Source: a virus (lineage: Duplodnaviria; Caudoviricetes). From it: DNA of 39,743 bases. Under the pieces are notes generated by a model that was not told where the DNA came from, made no database searches, and saw only the letters and a program-made list of their open reading frames with translations. The translations under genes were made by a program, and so were the position numbers. Within the stretch, counting starts at the first letter, position 1, and each line of letters starts with the position of its first letter. The DNA lies in the IMG/VR virus record IMGVR_UViG_3300037424_000096, positions 1 to 39,743 of that record. One strand, 5' to 3'. Of this stretch, positions 20,001 through 25,362 are shown piece by piece.

Positions 20001-21539
20001 CCGCTGGATAACATTTGGTGTACCTGTTCCAGAAACGCTACTTGCTCCACTTCCTCCGGCAATATCAGTCCTTTCTTCACTGCCCACTTGAGGTGCCTCG
20101 GACGGTACAGCTTTAGTAGTCGCGCCATTTGTGCCTCCTTGAATTGCTTGTGATAGTTCTTGTCTGTTAAATGTAGGAGGCGTAGTATCTGGCGTAGTTA
20201 CTACACGTTGCGCAGCCCCCTGTATTGCCCCGGCAGGTGCGCCAATCAATCCCCCGATTAACGCAGATGTTCCGGCCCCTTCCATAACAGGGCGGAAGGA
20301 TGCGATATTTTGAATGTTCTGTTGTAATTCTTCTTGGATTGCGTTAGAACCAGCCGCATTCAACGCGCCCTTCAAGGGGGAAATAATGTTGTTGAAAAAC
20401 GCGATTTTATCCGTAATGTAGTTGGTGGGTATGTTCGCCAAAAACACAGCATCCGAACGACTTATTGCCATTTCCTCGGACGCGCCACGCGCCTTCAGAT
20501 CACTGTAGGTTGAGCCAGCTTCCATTGCGGCTTCCAGCGTTGCCATTGTTCCAGCACCCATACCTTGCTTAACCGCGAGAGGAAGTGCCGCCACAACGTC
20601 AGCCGCTTTCATTACACCCAAACCAGTAATATAAAATAATCCGAATGAACCGATGCCAGCAGCAAGTTCATCCGCGAACTTTTGTTCACGAGGGAGTAAG
20701 CGATTAGCCATACCCCCCATTGTCTGACCGACTTCAGATAACGTTGCGATACCCGTTTTTGCTCCAAGGTAGTCGTAGAGAGAACCTATGCCTTGGTTTA
20801 CACCCGCTGCAACATCGGAGGCGTAACGCATCGCGCCTTCCTTATCGGCTGGTGCGAAATTCAACGCAGCGTCAATTGTGGGTAAATTCGTAGTCTGAGT
20901 GCCGCGTTCAAAATCCTGTTGAACAACGTTGGCAGCAGTCTCGGGGGCAATCTCAGGGGTAAATACACGCAAGGACGACTCACGCACCTCTCTGCGGCCA
21001 TCGCCTAAACCAGTAAGGGTAGGTAGCTTAGTGGCTTGTTCGTCGGCTGCACGGTACGTCTCCGTGATTCTGCGCACGACATTGCCAACTGCACCGGGTA
21101 CGTTTTGCATCCGAATGCGTTGTTCAGGAGTGGCTGCATCGAATCTGTATTTGATTTGGTCGAAGGTATCCTGAGTAACAGGTGCGCCCATGCGGTCAAT
21201 CTTCGGCTGAGCAGAGGGTTGAGGCACGTAGCCGTGCATGACAGACTCAGGTAAGTCTACTGGTTCAGGGGATGCCGCGTATTGTCTGTCGGGTACATCG
21301 CGGTTTGCCGCCTGCATAGACGGTTCAGACGGCCCCACTCGAATCTGGCCAGAAGATACATTCTTAGGATTTGGTGCAGGATTAAAGGATTCCGACACTG
21401 CCGCGATGCCACGTTGAAGTGCGGTTTTTGGAGGTGCATATTCAGGGTATTCACTTTGGATAGCCGACTCAATGGATTTGTCATCCATGTAATCAGGAAA
21501 ATCAAGCAAATCCTTATTTGGCAACTCAATGCGTTTCAT
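11076..21539 (-). CDS. Giant polyvalent internal virion/ejection protein (ART-like x3, JAB x2, GNAT-like, HExxH peptidase, SAM-lyase-like, LPD38)
   Basis: 3487 aa, last gene of the ejection cluster. Motifs PLVLYHGT..GIFFT..GYDGV..YVAFDAAQIKS, SHNHPSG..S..D, EEIQSDW, HEMTH, PLLVYRG..LFFT..GYDGL..YVVFNPSQIK, and C-terminal YRVPKPFEIG..NKDSFTGREIE..SPVQIDH (LPD38). Confidence 0.9.
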   Translation of the reverse strand: MKRIELPNKDLLDFPDYMDDKSIESAIQSEYPEYAPPKTALQRGIAAVSESFNPAPNPKNVSSGQIRVGPSEPSMQAANRDVPDRQYAASPEPVDLPESVMHGYVPQPSAQPKIDRMGAPVTQDTFDQIKYRFDAATPEQRIRMQNVPGAVGNVVRRITETYRAADEQATKLPTLTGLGDGRREVRESSLRVFTPEIAPETAANVVQQDFERGTQTTNLPTIDAALNFAPADKEGAMRYASDVAAGVNQGIGSLYDYLGAKTGIATLSEVGQTMGGMANRLLPREQKFADELAAGIGSFGLFYITGLGVMKAADVVAALPLAVKQGMGAGTMATLEAAMEAGSTYSDLKARGASEEMAISRSDAVFLANIPTNYITDKIAFFNNIISPLKGALNAAGSNAIQEELQQNIQNIASFRPVMEGAGTSALIGGLIGAPAGAIQGAAQRVVTTPDTTPPTFNRQELSQAIQGGTNGATTKAVPSEAPQVGSEERTDIAGGSGASSVSGTGTPNVIQRPVSVSVDKAIGDTAVGTPTIPVPQPTQQDTELNVPEFTRDELASIVATQEVPNAVQVGSTAQILQREPGEAGIAEGERGRVQPEIQGQETAIEEGRGTAEQVQGIKPLIETLIKRKTPAASTLGRKLNLQPAITRAKELMNGTRQMTQAELSWWNRTAKAYEQADAPAAEAARAIAQIVKGGKTTGVAEPAAQYGLFDNELANKRTSAAGVRNVNSAGKPISSTKQGLANFAKWFGNSKTVDEKNKPLVLYHGTAADISEFESGRPSKNTGMFGVTYDTQRAGIFFTPEAKFAETFGVNNNNLDPRAGRNVVQTYVRMENPADIRNGVSEKLWTELEKSGINIRALNNLQNQWEMFEYDEGGKELVEALKSLGYDGVIMQELDQDRINNHDVYVAFDAAQIKSALGNKGTFDESANIAAEPISMQDAPEIIESGVNSMSIHPGKTEGTYLVTTELVEVNNRELPTVIVSVEDAARAFSFMPKYAVEHYDAIVTDANGTPLAVVGSFKGAIGQTPVFADTLLFEIAQIPNAKNVWTSHNHPSGNSMFSEQDYKLNQMISMLLDRSGVRYQGLFAMAGNDSGGVMYNFVDHSGFETALNNITNQRTSQGELFDTTIVPVKERMIMNDSRTEHAPSVSRPETAKAVVPKLAGDVPGILVLSWQHVPVAFIPVNPEHAAELRTDGRLIALARDLGKTTPGAAFIANPNASFSEDAMNNLGTALRAMGVRPLDVISYADGTATRSGVEDGTFHPDDRGIFKSVGDTSGEEMFLTQKLHRASREAVLDEIKKEQPGWVPYVKKLLDKGDKNERGGLIISTERENNRRLASLLKARGEAQYSIRPLSYDEQVERDEQVHRLQDMFDYNRDDALSDFIEGKRVDEKGKLYTAWYSVEYSKGPARSWYSIPQFEFEGKTYKLNSPEGRALDLTLSNNKLFAQRVALEGLAGAKKAALYQGHAKAYWQTMLDMSNSVVKTKISRVEDAPTATIQFSKETKELAPVFYSQLERAIDAAPDRIFTNGKQVKAWLESNAAKYGVKKEELFWTGIGDWLETQGKISKDDVRQFLQQRGVQVKETILGESADAEAAGRARAEADGHVWAELGANNQRRYIRIAGGERIVDRPEGTPKYQSWQLPGGKNYRELLLTLPEGERTKPNKDRIAALQAEYDELLLGGLGEMKDDEVELGRKLRNLETQLRLAKKEGEPASFKSPHFTGQPNIITHVRFNERTDANGNKVLFIEEIQSDWGQKGKKEGFKARETKPLAKDEFEKTIDGWKNELAQKWAVALNVSIDAARGAVNNLTLEGIAGYLGREVEWRDLQARNNDDFRQNHPQGGGFVPAAPFVTDTKSWTALALKRMIRYAAENGFDRVAWTTGEQQSARYDLSKQVAGIRANKNSDGSYALQIKRTADDLTWEHLKSSVPANDLEEFVGKDLAKKIVEDSVGPGAFIKSYSGLDLKVGGEGMKGYYDHIVPQVANDILKKIGGGGKVSSFEMLDVPHQKEVVDSEGVRINVTSDEAMQQPGFTITAELKAKVLHEGLPLFSRKLEFTRGLYVPELGLAFVNSDNVSAKEAVAVMLHEMTHASDTDVKMAALGEAVLKKIDLYKGIPIYDRVFDRMQRAGQEGNSREALNYLVEESLQEAHRAGFSRLDSDFWGWVQRNLHFTIGQTLRKWVAAIRAAMYKHGLLLKADDLTVDDMQAVAVSAMKEIATGKRVAASERKARPTLNVGMDVNDGSKLTEAEIRKAVDSTGAIVVSEITHTSGTEPTRVIELDRPLTKAEAFEVSKTLRQDAIAQYAGGKGFLAGPEAAKWGDFNPEFFLLPSGKRAVQVSSKTGRVSVTGIHFSNQQRKTLSGAAYGTGIRGAESKRLVESSDQRIKSRISFYVDEGQGVFPESGVGSFRHEVKLDNLYDAANNPLKLTVKTFNDFESAVLDAGFDGYYVKEGFGRQGTAVLLGKAAENVRVVTETPGHWFDGSKVVNTKGEPLLVYRGDAPGKTEFALARGTRVGGNLFFTDNRNIAERYAKGRELYAVYLNIQNPYVVEADGESWLELPAPAEVKAEWGNPEKTLQIDDIAKWARDNGYDGLIARDVLDQYGEGSQYVVFNPSQIKIEAVQGNTLNEMSKPEIQYSKKVITGDTGRTRTAAQLKAFEDLGRAVEVPTVKERMSKLWHVLGKSMAQGIADQFAPIEDIDHEAYRLLRQSKGASGAFATLLEGGQLKLVDQTYAFDTSKKGGVINRLLVPLQGEGDDFLWWVAANRAERLAAQTRENLFTQSDITAMKSLSSGTTGFDYTLQHGQSKGKTTKVRLEIYMDAIKTLNEFNKNTLDMAEQSGLIDPTARKIWEYEFYVPFYRVSDDDISGLRGVNVKSGVVRQQAFKHLRGGTEKLNTDLLENTLLNWSHLLDAAAKNRGAKAALEAADKIGVAHEVTSPEKNSVWFMDRGEKRHFVVDDPAVLVAITALEYAGLRGHAMDLLSAPKHFLTMGVTASPFFKIRNLIRDSVHSIAAAELSYNPLKNVVEGWKKTKPGSDDMFNLLASGSTIHFGTMLENRESDRVRALVEKGVDRSTILDNETAVRKFYKRVIEPSITAYNELGNRGEAINRAALYNQLIKQGVPHGEAAFQARDLLDFSMGGSWTAIRFITQTVTFINARIQGLYKLGKATKQNPARVAKVLSAVAMISIFLMLYYKDDEDWKKREDWDRDTYWWFKIGGIAYRVPKPFEIGAIATMAERGVELFASDEMTGERFMDRLLRNLADNLNMNPIPQAVKPMLDVYANKDSFTGREIESQGMENVEPEYRYRSGTTIIARGASIAGDAVTSGNFASPVQIDHVIRGYFGWLGTFISQATDLILRPLTGQPVQPATDPLKKATGGLISQLEGAPSRYVTQMYEQAKEVELAYGTYRSLIKKGQSKEAEEYGKKNIEKIKQARAFGKSKSVIAKLNAAIRQIEVDTEMSAEQKRVEILKLQAQKEVVAKRILVATRK
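19676..19843 (-). CDS. Nested +1-frame small basic protein (MPYKSEAQRKYF...), 55 aa
   Basis: AGGAGG-TTCCAA-ATG; resembles small stand-alone phage proteins of the MP(F/Y)KSxAQR...KGKKLP type (recalled, not searched). Confidence 0.7.
   Translation of the reverse strand: MPYKSEAQRKYFNANREKLESQRVNVEEYNQKSKGKKLPSKKGAELLSKFKASSR
19904..20128 (-). CDS. Nested +1-frame small protein, 74 aa
   Basis: AAGGAGG-CACAA-ATG; same frame as, and directly upstream of, the MPYKS gene. Confidence 0.55.
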   Translation of the reverse strand: MARLLKLYRPRHLKWAVKKGLILPEEVEQVAFLEQVHQMLSSGQSVSAWIKQSAIQQSELLQFQYRNRHNKTPN

Positions 21540-21572
21540 GTCTGCACCCTGTGGGAATAGTTATTCAGTGAA

Positions 21573-21601
21573 ATTATACCACAATTCCACATGCGAGTCA
21601 G
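21573..21601 (-). promoter_or_regulatory. sigma70 extended -10 promoter for the giant gene
   Basis: CTGACT-17 nt-TATAAT with TGn (TTGTGGTATAAT) in the 63-nt gap. Confidence 0.75.
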
Positions 21602-21602
21602 C

Positions 21603-22766
21603 TTAATTTGAAACGAAGCCTTGGCCGGGAACGTATCTACGAACCTTTGGCTGGCTGTTTGCCGGAGGTTGTTCACCGGGGTAAAGTTCGCCAGCGATAC
21701 CTCGCGCAGATTCCATCGAAGCACCCGGCATGTCAGCAGCTTTTAAGTAGACCTGACCTGCAAATTGGCTAATCTCGCTAGACCTTATTGGCCGTCCCTG
21801 AGCATCTACAAGTTGCTTAACTGTCCCGTCTTTCATCAAGGCCATCATATTGCCATTAACATCAGCAAAGCTGCGCTGCACTGACGCGCTTCCACCTCCT
21901 ACCGCGCCTGACCTTGGCGCACGACTCTTGCCACGCGCTCCTTCCACCGGAACCATGCGCCCCCTTGCGTCGAACGCAGTTACGTTGCCAGCGTCGTCGG
22001 TTGTTACATGCGCAATCTTACCCGGAGAATTTACCAACTGCTCATACGCTGCCCCAAATGCTTCATCGTAAGACGCGCCCTGTGACATAGCGTCCATCGC
22101 AGTGTTCACAAATGCTGAAATTTGGGATACATCAGCACCCTGCCCCTTGGCGTAAGCTGCCAAAGACTGCACTGAAGTAATTGCTCTCGGGTTGTTGAAC
22201 ATCGGCAAAACGTCTTGCAGCCGATAAAATTCGGCGTACTGTTTGGCTCCTTGCACGTTTCCAACCGCAAGAAGTTCAAGCACCTTGTCTGCCTTTGCGT
22301 CGTGGTCTTTTCTCGCAGCACTTTCTCCGCTCATTTGACCTTGAGCGAGTTGCATTGCAAGCTGTCCGCCTCCGGGTGTTTGCGCGGCAAGTCGCAATGC
22401 GCGTTGTTGGCGAGTATCAGGAGCGGCAGGAACCTGCCGGGCAACTTCACGCTCTGAAGGAATTTCTGAAGCGTTCGGCACAGCAAATCCAGAAAGTGAA
22501 CCACCGCGTTTCAGTCCTTCGACTGAGTTGTTTCGAGTCGCGCCAAATGAAGTCTGGCCTGACGAAAGCCCGTAGTTAGGCTCAGTTGTGGTTTCGGTAC
22601 TCGCAGTAGGCGCACCCTCTCCGTAAATACCTGCCACGCCTCGGGCGAGTTCGTCCTGTTGAATCGCCCTGCGACGTTCCATTTCCTGTTGTGCAAGCTG
22701 GCGGTTGCGATCTTCAGTAGCGCGCATCGTGTCCAACATGATAGGTCTGTCGATGTAGTTTACCAT
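21603..22766 (-). CDS. Putative ejection/DNA transfer protein (P22 gp20-like position)
   Basis: Ala/Gln/Gly-rich; lies between the pilot-like gene and the giant gene. Confidence 0.65.
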   Translation of the reverse strand: MVNYIDRPIMLDTMRATEDRNRQLAQQEMERRRAIQQDELARGVAGIYGEGAPTASTETTTEPNYGLSSGQTSFGATRNNSVEGLKRGGSLSGFAVPNASEIPSEREVARQVPAAPDTRQQRALRLAAQTPGGGQLAMQLAQGQMSGESAARKDHDAKADKVLELLAVGNVQGAKQYAEFYRLQDVLPMFNNPRAITSVQSLAAYAKGQGADVSQISAFVNTAMDAMSQGASYDEAFGAAYEQLVNSPGKIAHVTTDDAGNVTAFDARGRMVPVEGARGKSRAPRSGAVGGGSASVQRSFADVNGNMMALMKDGTVKQLVDAQGRPIRSSEISQFAGQVYLKAADMPGASMESARGIAGELYPGEQPPANSQPKVRRYVPGQGFVSN

Positions 22767-23563
22767 GACGAATTTACCCCTGTGTCATAACTGCTCTTGC
22801 GGCTGTCTGCATTGTAACTTTTTAGTACGTCAACCAGTGACGGTGAAAGTACTTCGCCTATAGCGCGTTGCGTAACACCTGCATTAGCCAGTCCAGCGTT
22901 AGCCAGTTCTTGCCCGGAAGCTCCGGCGAGATTCGCCGTGTTTGTGCCAGTCAGCGAAGTCAGGTTAGATGTCGTTGCGCCTAACTGCCTCTGGCCTGCG
23001 GCAAGCTGATTGCCAAGGTTAATATCTGCGCCTGATGCGGCGTTCGTTGCAGAAACATTTACCCCTGCCAGTCTCGCGGCAGCGTCGTCCGACCTAGCCC
23101 GATTCGAGTCGTAAATCTGATTTTCCAAATTCCCGGCAGCGCGTGTCGCAATCGCTGTCGCAGAACGCCCTCCCAATCTGGATGCCAGTTGATTTGCAGT
23201 TTCCCTGCGAGTATCCATGATGCGTTGCTGCTGCTCAGGGGTGATTGAATTGTCAGAAACTACGCGCCCAAGATAGTCAATAGCTGGCCGTGTCCCCGCC
23301 AGAATCGGGTCAAGTCTCGCTTGCGATTTAGCATTCGCGTCTCGCTGTTGCTGAGCGGCAGCCGCCTCGTATGCGGCGGCTTCGCGCATCGCTTGTATAT
23401 TGGCGTTCGCAGATATTTGCGCGGCCTGAGTATTCGCACCGGCGATTGCGTTCGCGGCATCGGTGTTGGCACTCGTCGTCATGTACGTGCTGATTGCAGC
23501 AGGTATCGCCGTGGTGATAATTCCACCCCAATCAATGTCGCCAAGAAAATCTGACCATCCCAT
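22760..23563 (-). CDS. Putative pilot/ejection protein (P22 gp7-like)
   Basis: Hydrophobic N-terminus, Ala/Asn/Gln-rich helices, position. Confidence 0.7.
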   Translation of the reverse strand: MGWSDFLGDIDWGGIITTAIPAAISTYMTTSANTDAANAIAGANTQAAQISANANIQAMREAAAYEAAAAQQQRDANAKSQARLDPILAGTRPAIDYLGRVVSDNSITPEQQQRIMDTRRETANQLASRLGGRSATAIATRAAGNLENQIYDSNRARSDDAAARLAGVNVSATNAASGADINLGNQLAAGQRQLGATTSNLTSLTGTNTANLAGASGQELANAGLANAGVTQRAIGEVLSPSLVDVLKSYNADSRKSSYDTGVNSSW

Positions 23564-23575
23564 TTGATTCTCCCT

Positions 23576-23938
23576 TTACATACCCCTGCCGAATCTTACT
23601 CCGGTGGGATATTTCATTTCTTCAGGCTCGTTCGCTTCCCCTGCGGCAAACCCTTGAAGTGGATTCTGTGCCATTTGCGGCTGCCGTTGCATTTGAGGCT
23701 GTGCCAATTCTTGAGGAACGACACTTGCCTGCAAGTTTACAAGCGGAGACAGTAGCATCACAGCTTGGTCGCCGAACAGTTTAGCCATGACCTGCACAAG
23801 TTGCGGAGTCACCGATTGGGACAGGATTTGAATTTCCTGTGGAGCAAGTCCTTGCAGCGCGGCCTGCCTAATCTTTTCTCCCATTCCAGAACCGCTCTCT
23901 TGCGGCTGTGCGTCAGTCGGCATTGCTTGCATATTCAT
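23576..23938 (-). CDS. Hypothetical Gln/Pro/Met-rich protein
   Basis: GGAGGGA RBS; ATGA overlap with the upstream gene. Confidence 0.7.
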   Translation of the reverse strand: MNMQAMPTDAQPQESGSGMGEKIRQAALQGLAPQEIQILSQSVTPQLVQVMAKLFGDQAVMLLSPLVNLQASVVPQELAQPQMQRQPQMAQNPLQGFAAGEANEPEEMKYPTGVRFGRGM

Positions 23939-25272
23939 TTTACTTCCCTCCCGTATAAATGTTCGTAATCAGTATCTCCAACAAATTGCCCTATCGTCCA
24001 GCAAATAGCCAAAGCGACTGGAATTGTAATCATCCCCAGTAAAGTCTCCTTGCCGTGTCCAACTCGTGCGGCAGACTCTTTCATAAAGCGTTTAGCAATC
24101 GGACGGACGAAGGCATACACGCGCTCGTTTCTGCGCATTATCTTCGTCACAGGAACAGCCCACAAGCGGTAACCTCGAATCGTTGAATCGGATAGAGTTC
24201 TCACGTAACGGTATTCCAGTTGTAACTCAGTTAGAGTAGCGTCATTGCGTAGAGTAAGTTCAGTGCAAATGACTGAACCACCACCACCGCCGAATACAGC
24301 TCCTACGATACCTCCTATTGGGCCAAGTACTGCGCCTAGCGCAGCCCCACCCATCGAACTACCAACCGCCGCCCCAACTGCGTTTCCAACTAAACCGCCA
24401 ATAGCACCTCCTACGTTCCCTGTAGCTAACGCAAGTGCGGGGCCAACAAACGAAGCGGCTGGGCCGCCGAACGGACTAATTGCCGAAGCTGCCCCTCCCC
24501 CCTCAGCACTGAACCAAGGTGCAGCGGCAGAATAACCGCCATTGAACGCTGCTGACGTGCTTGCCACGCTGCCAATTCCGCTACCTACAGCACTTCCGAA
24601 ATCGCCTAAGCCTGCGCCGTATCCACTGAATCCAGCAGAGGACAAACCTCCGACTGCCTTTGCTCCTGTAGCACCAGCCAAACTGTAAGTAGGCGAGGCC
24701 CAATCAGCCGCGCCTAGTCCGCCTAGCCCTATTGAACTTGAAGCTGCACCTGCTGCCAATCCGTAAGCAGGGGTCGTGTAATTCAGCGCATCGCCGATGT
24801 CGTAACTATCACCAAAATCGCCAAGACCAGCCCCGATGTTACCCGTACTTGAGGAAGTCATTTCACCCACCGCGCCGGGTGTTGGCGCACTCAGATTTGC
24901 CTGAGGGGTCTTGAACGAATCCATAATACTGTTCACGGCCTTACCTGCAACATTTGTTGCGATCTTTCCGCCAACATTCATTAGCAGTTGCTCACCGATT
25001 CCGGGAGCCTGCGGCATTTGAGGCATTTGAACGGCAGGGGCGTAATAGTTTGAAACAGGACTAGGAGCAGGTGCGGGGGCAGGCTGCACCTTTTCCACAC
25101 CCGTATCCTCAGCAGTTTCCTGCGAGGCCCACAACGGCGATACGGAACCAGACGCACGGAACCCGCCACGGCTAGACCGGGAAGTGCTTAAATCTTCAGA
25201 CTTTCCACTGTCTGTCTGAAGTTCCTCGGTGCTTCGGCTTGGCCGTAATCCGCTTCTGTCCTGATAACCCAT
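23935..25272 (-). CDS. Putative internal virion protein with glycine zipper and C-terminal VICTEL...GY..WA.P domain
   Basis: AGGAGG RBS; GxxxG repeats; hydrophobic C-terminal helix. Confidence 0.7.
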   Translation of the reverse strand: MGYQDRSGLRPSRSTEELQTDSGKSEDLSTSRSSRGGFRASGSVSPLWASQETAEDTGVEKVQPAPAPAPSPVSNYYAPAVQMPQMPQAPGIGEQLLMNVGGKIATNVAGKAVNSIMDSFKTPQANLSAPTPGAVGEMTSSSTGNIGAGLGDFGDSYDIGDALNYTTPAYGLAAGAASSSIGLGGLGAADWASPTYSLAGATGAKAVGGLSSAGFSGYGAGLGDFGSAVGSGIGSVASTSAAFNGGYSAAAPWFSAEGGGAASAISPFGGPAASFVGPALALATGNVGGAIGGLVGNAVGAAVGSSMGGAALGAVLGPIGGIVGAVFGGGGGSVICTELTLRNDATLTELQLEYRYVRTLSDSTIRGYRLWAVPVTKIMRRNERVYAFVRPIAKRFMKESAARVGHGKETLLGMITIPVALAICWTIGQFVGDTDYEHLYGREVK

Positions 25273-25298
25273 TCAATCCTCCTATTTTGCCACGTTTA

Positions 25299-25328
25299 AT
25301 TTTACCACAAGTGAGTGCTTACTGTCAA
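25299..25328 (-). promoter_or_regulatory. sigma70 promoter for the ejection-protein cluster
   Basis: TTGACA-18 nt-TAAAAT with TGn (TTGTGGTAAAAT). Confidence 0.7.
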
Positions 25329-25362
25329 GTCGCTACAGAAAATCGGCATGTTCTGCTCCATG

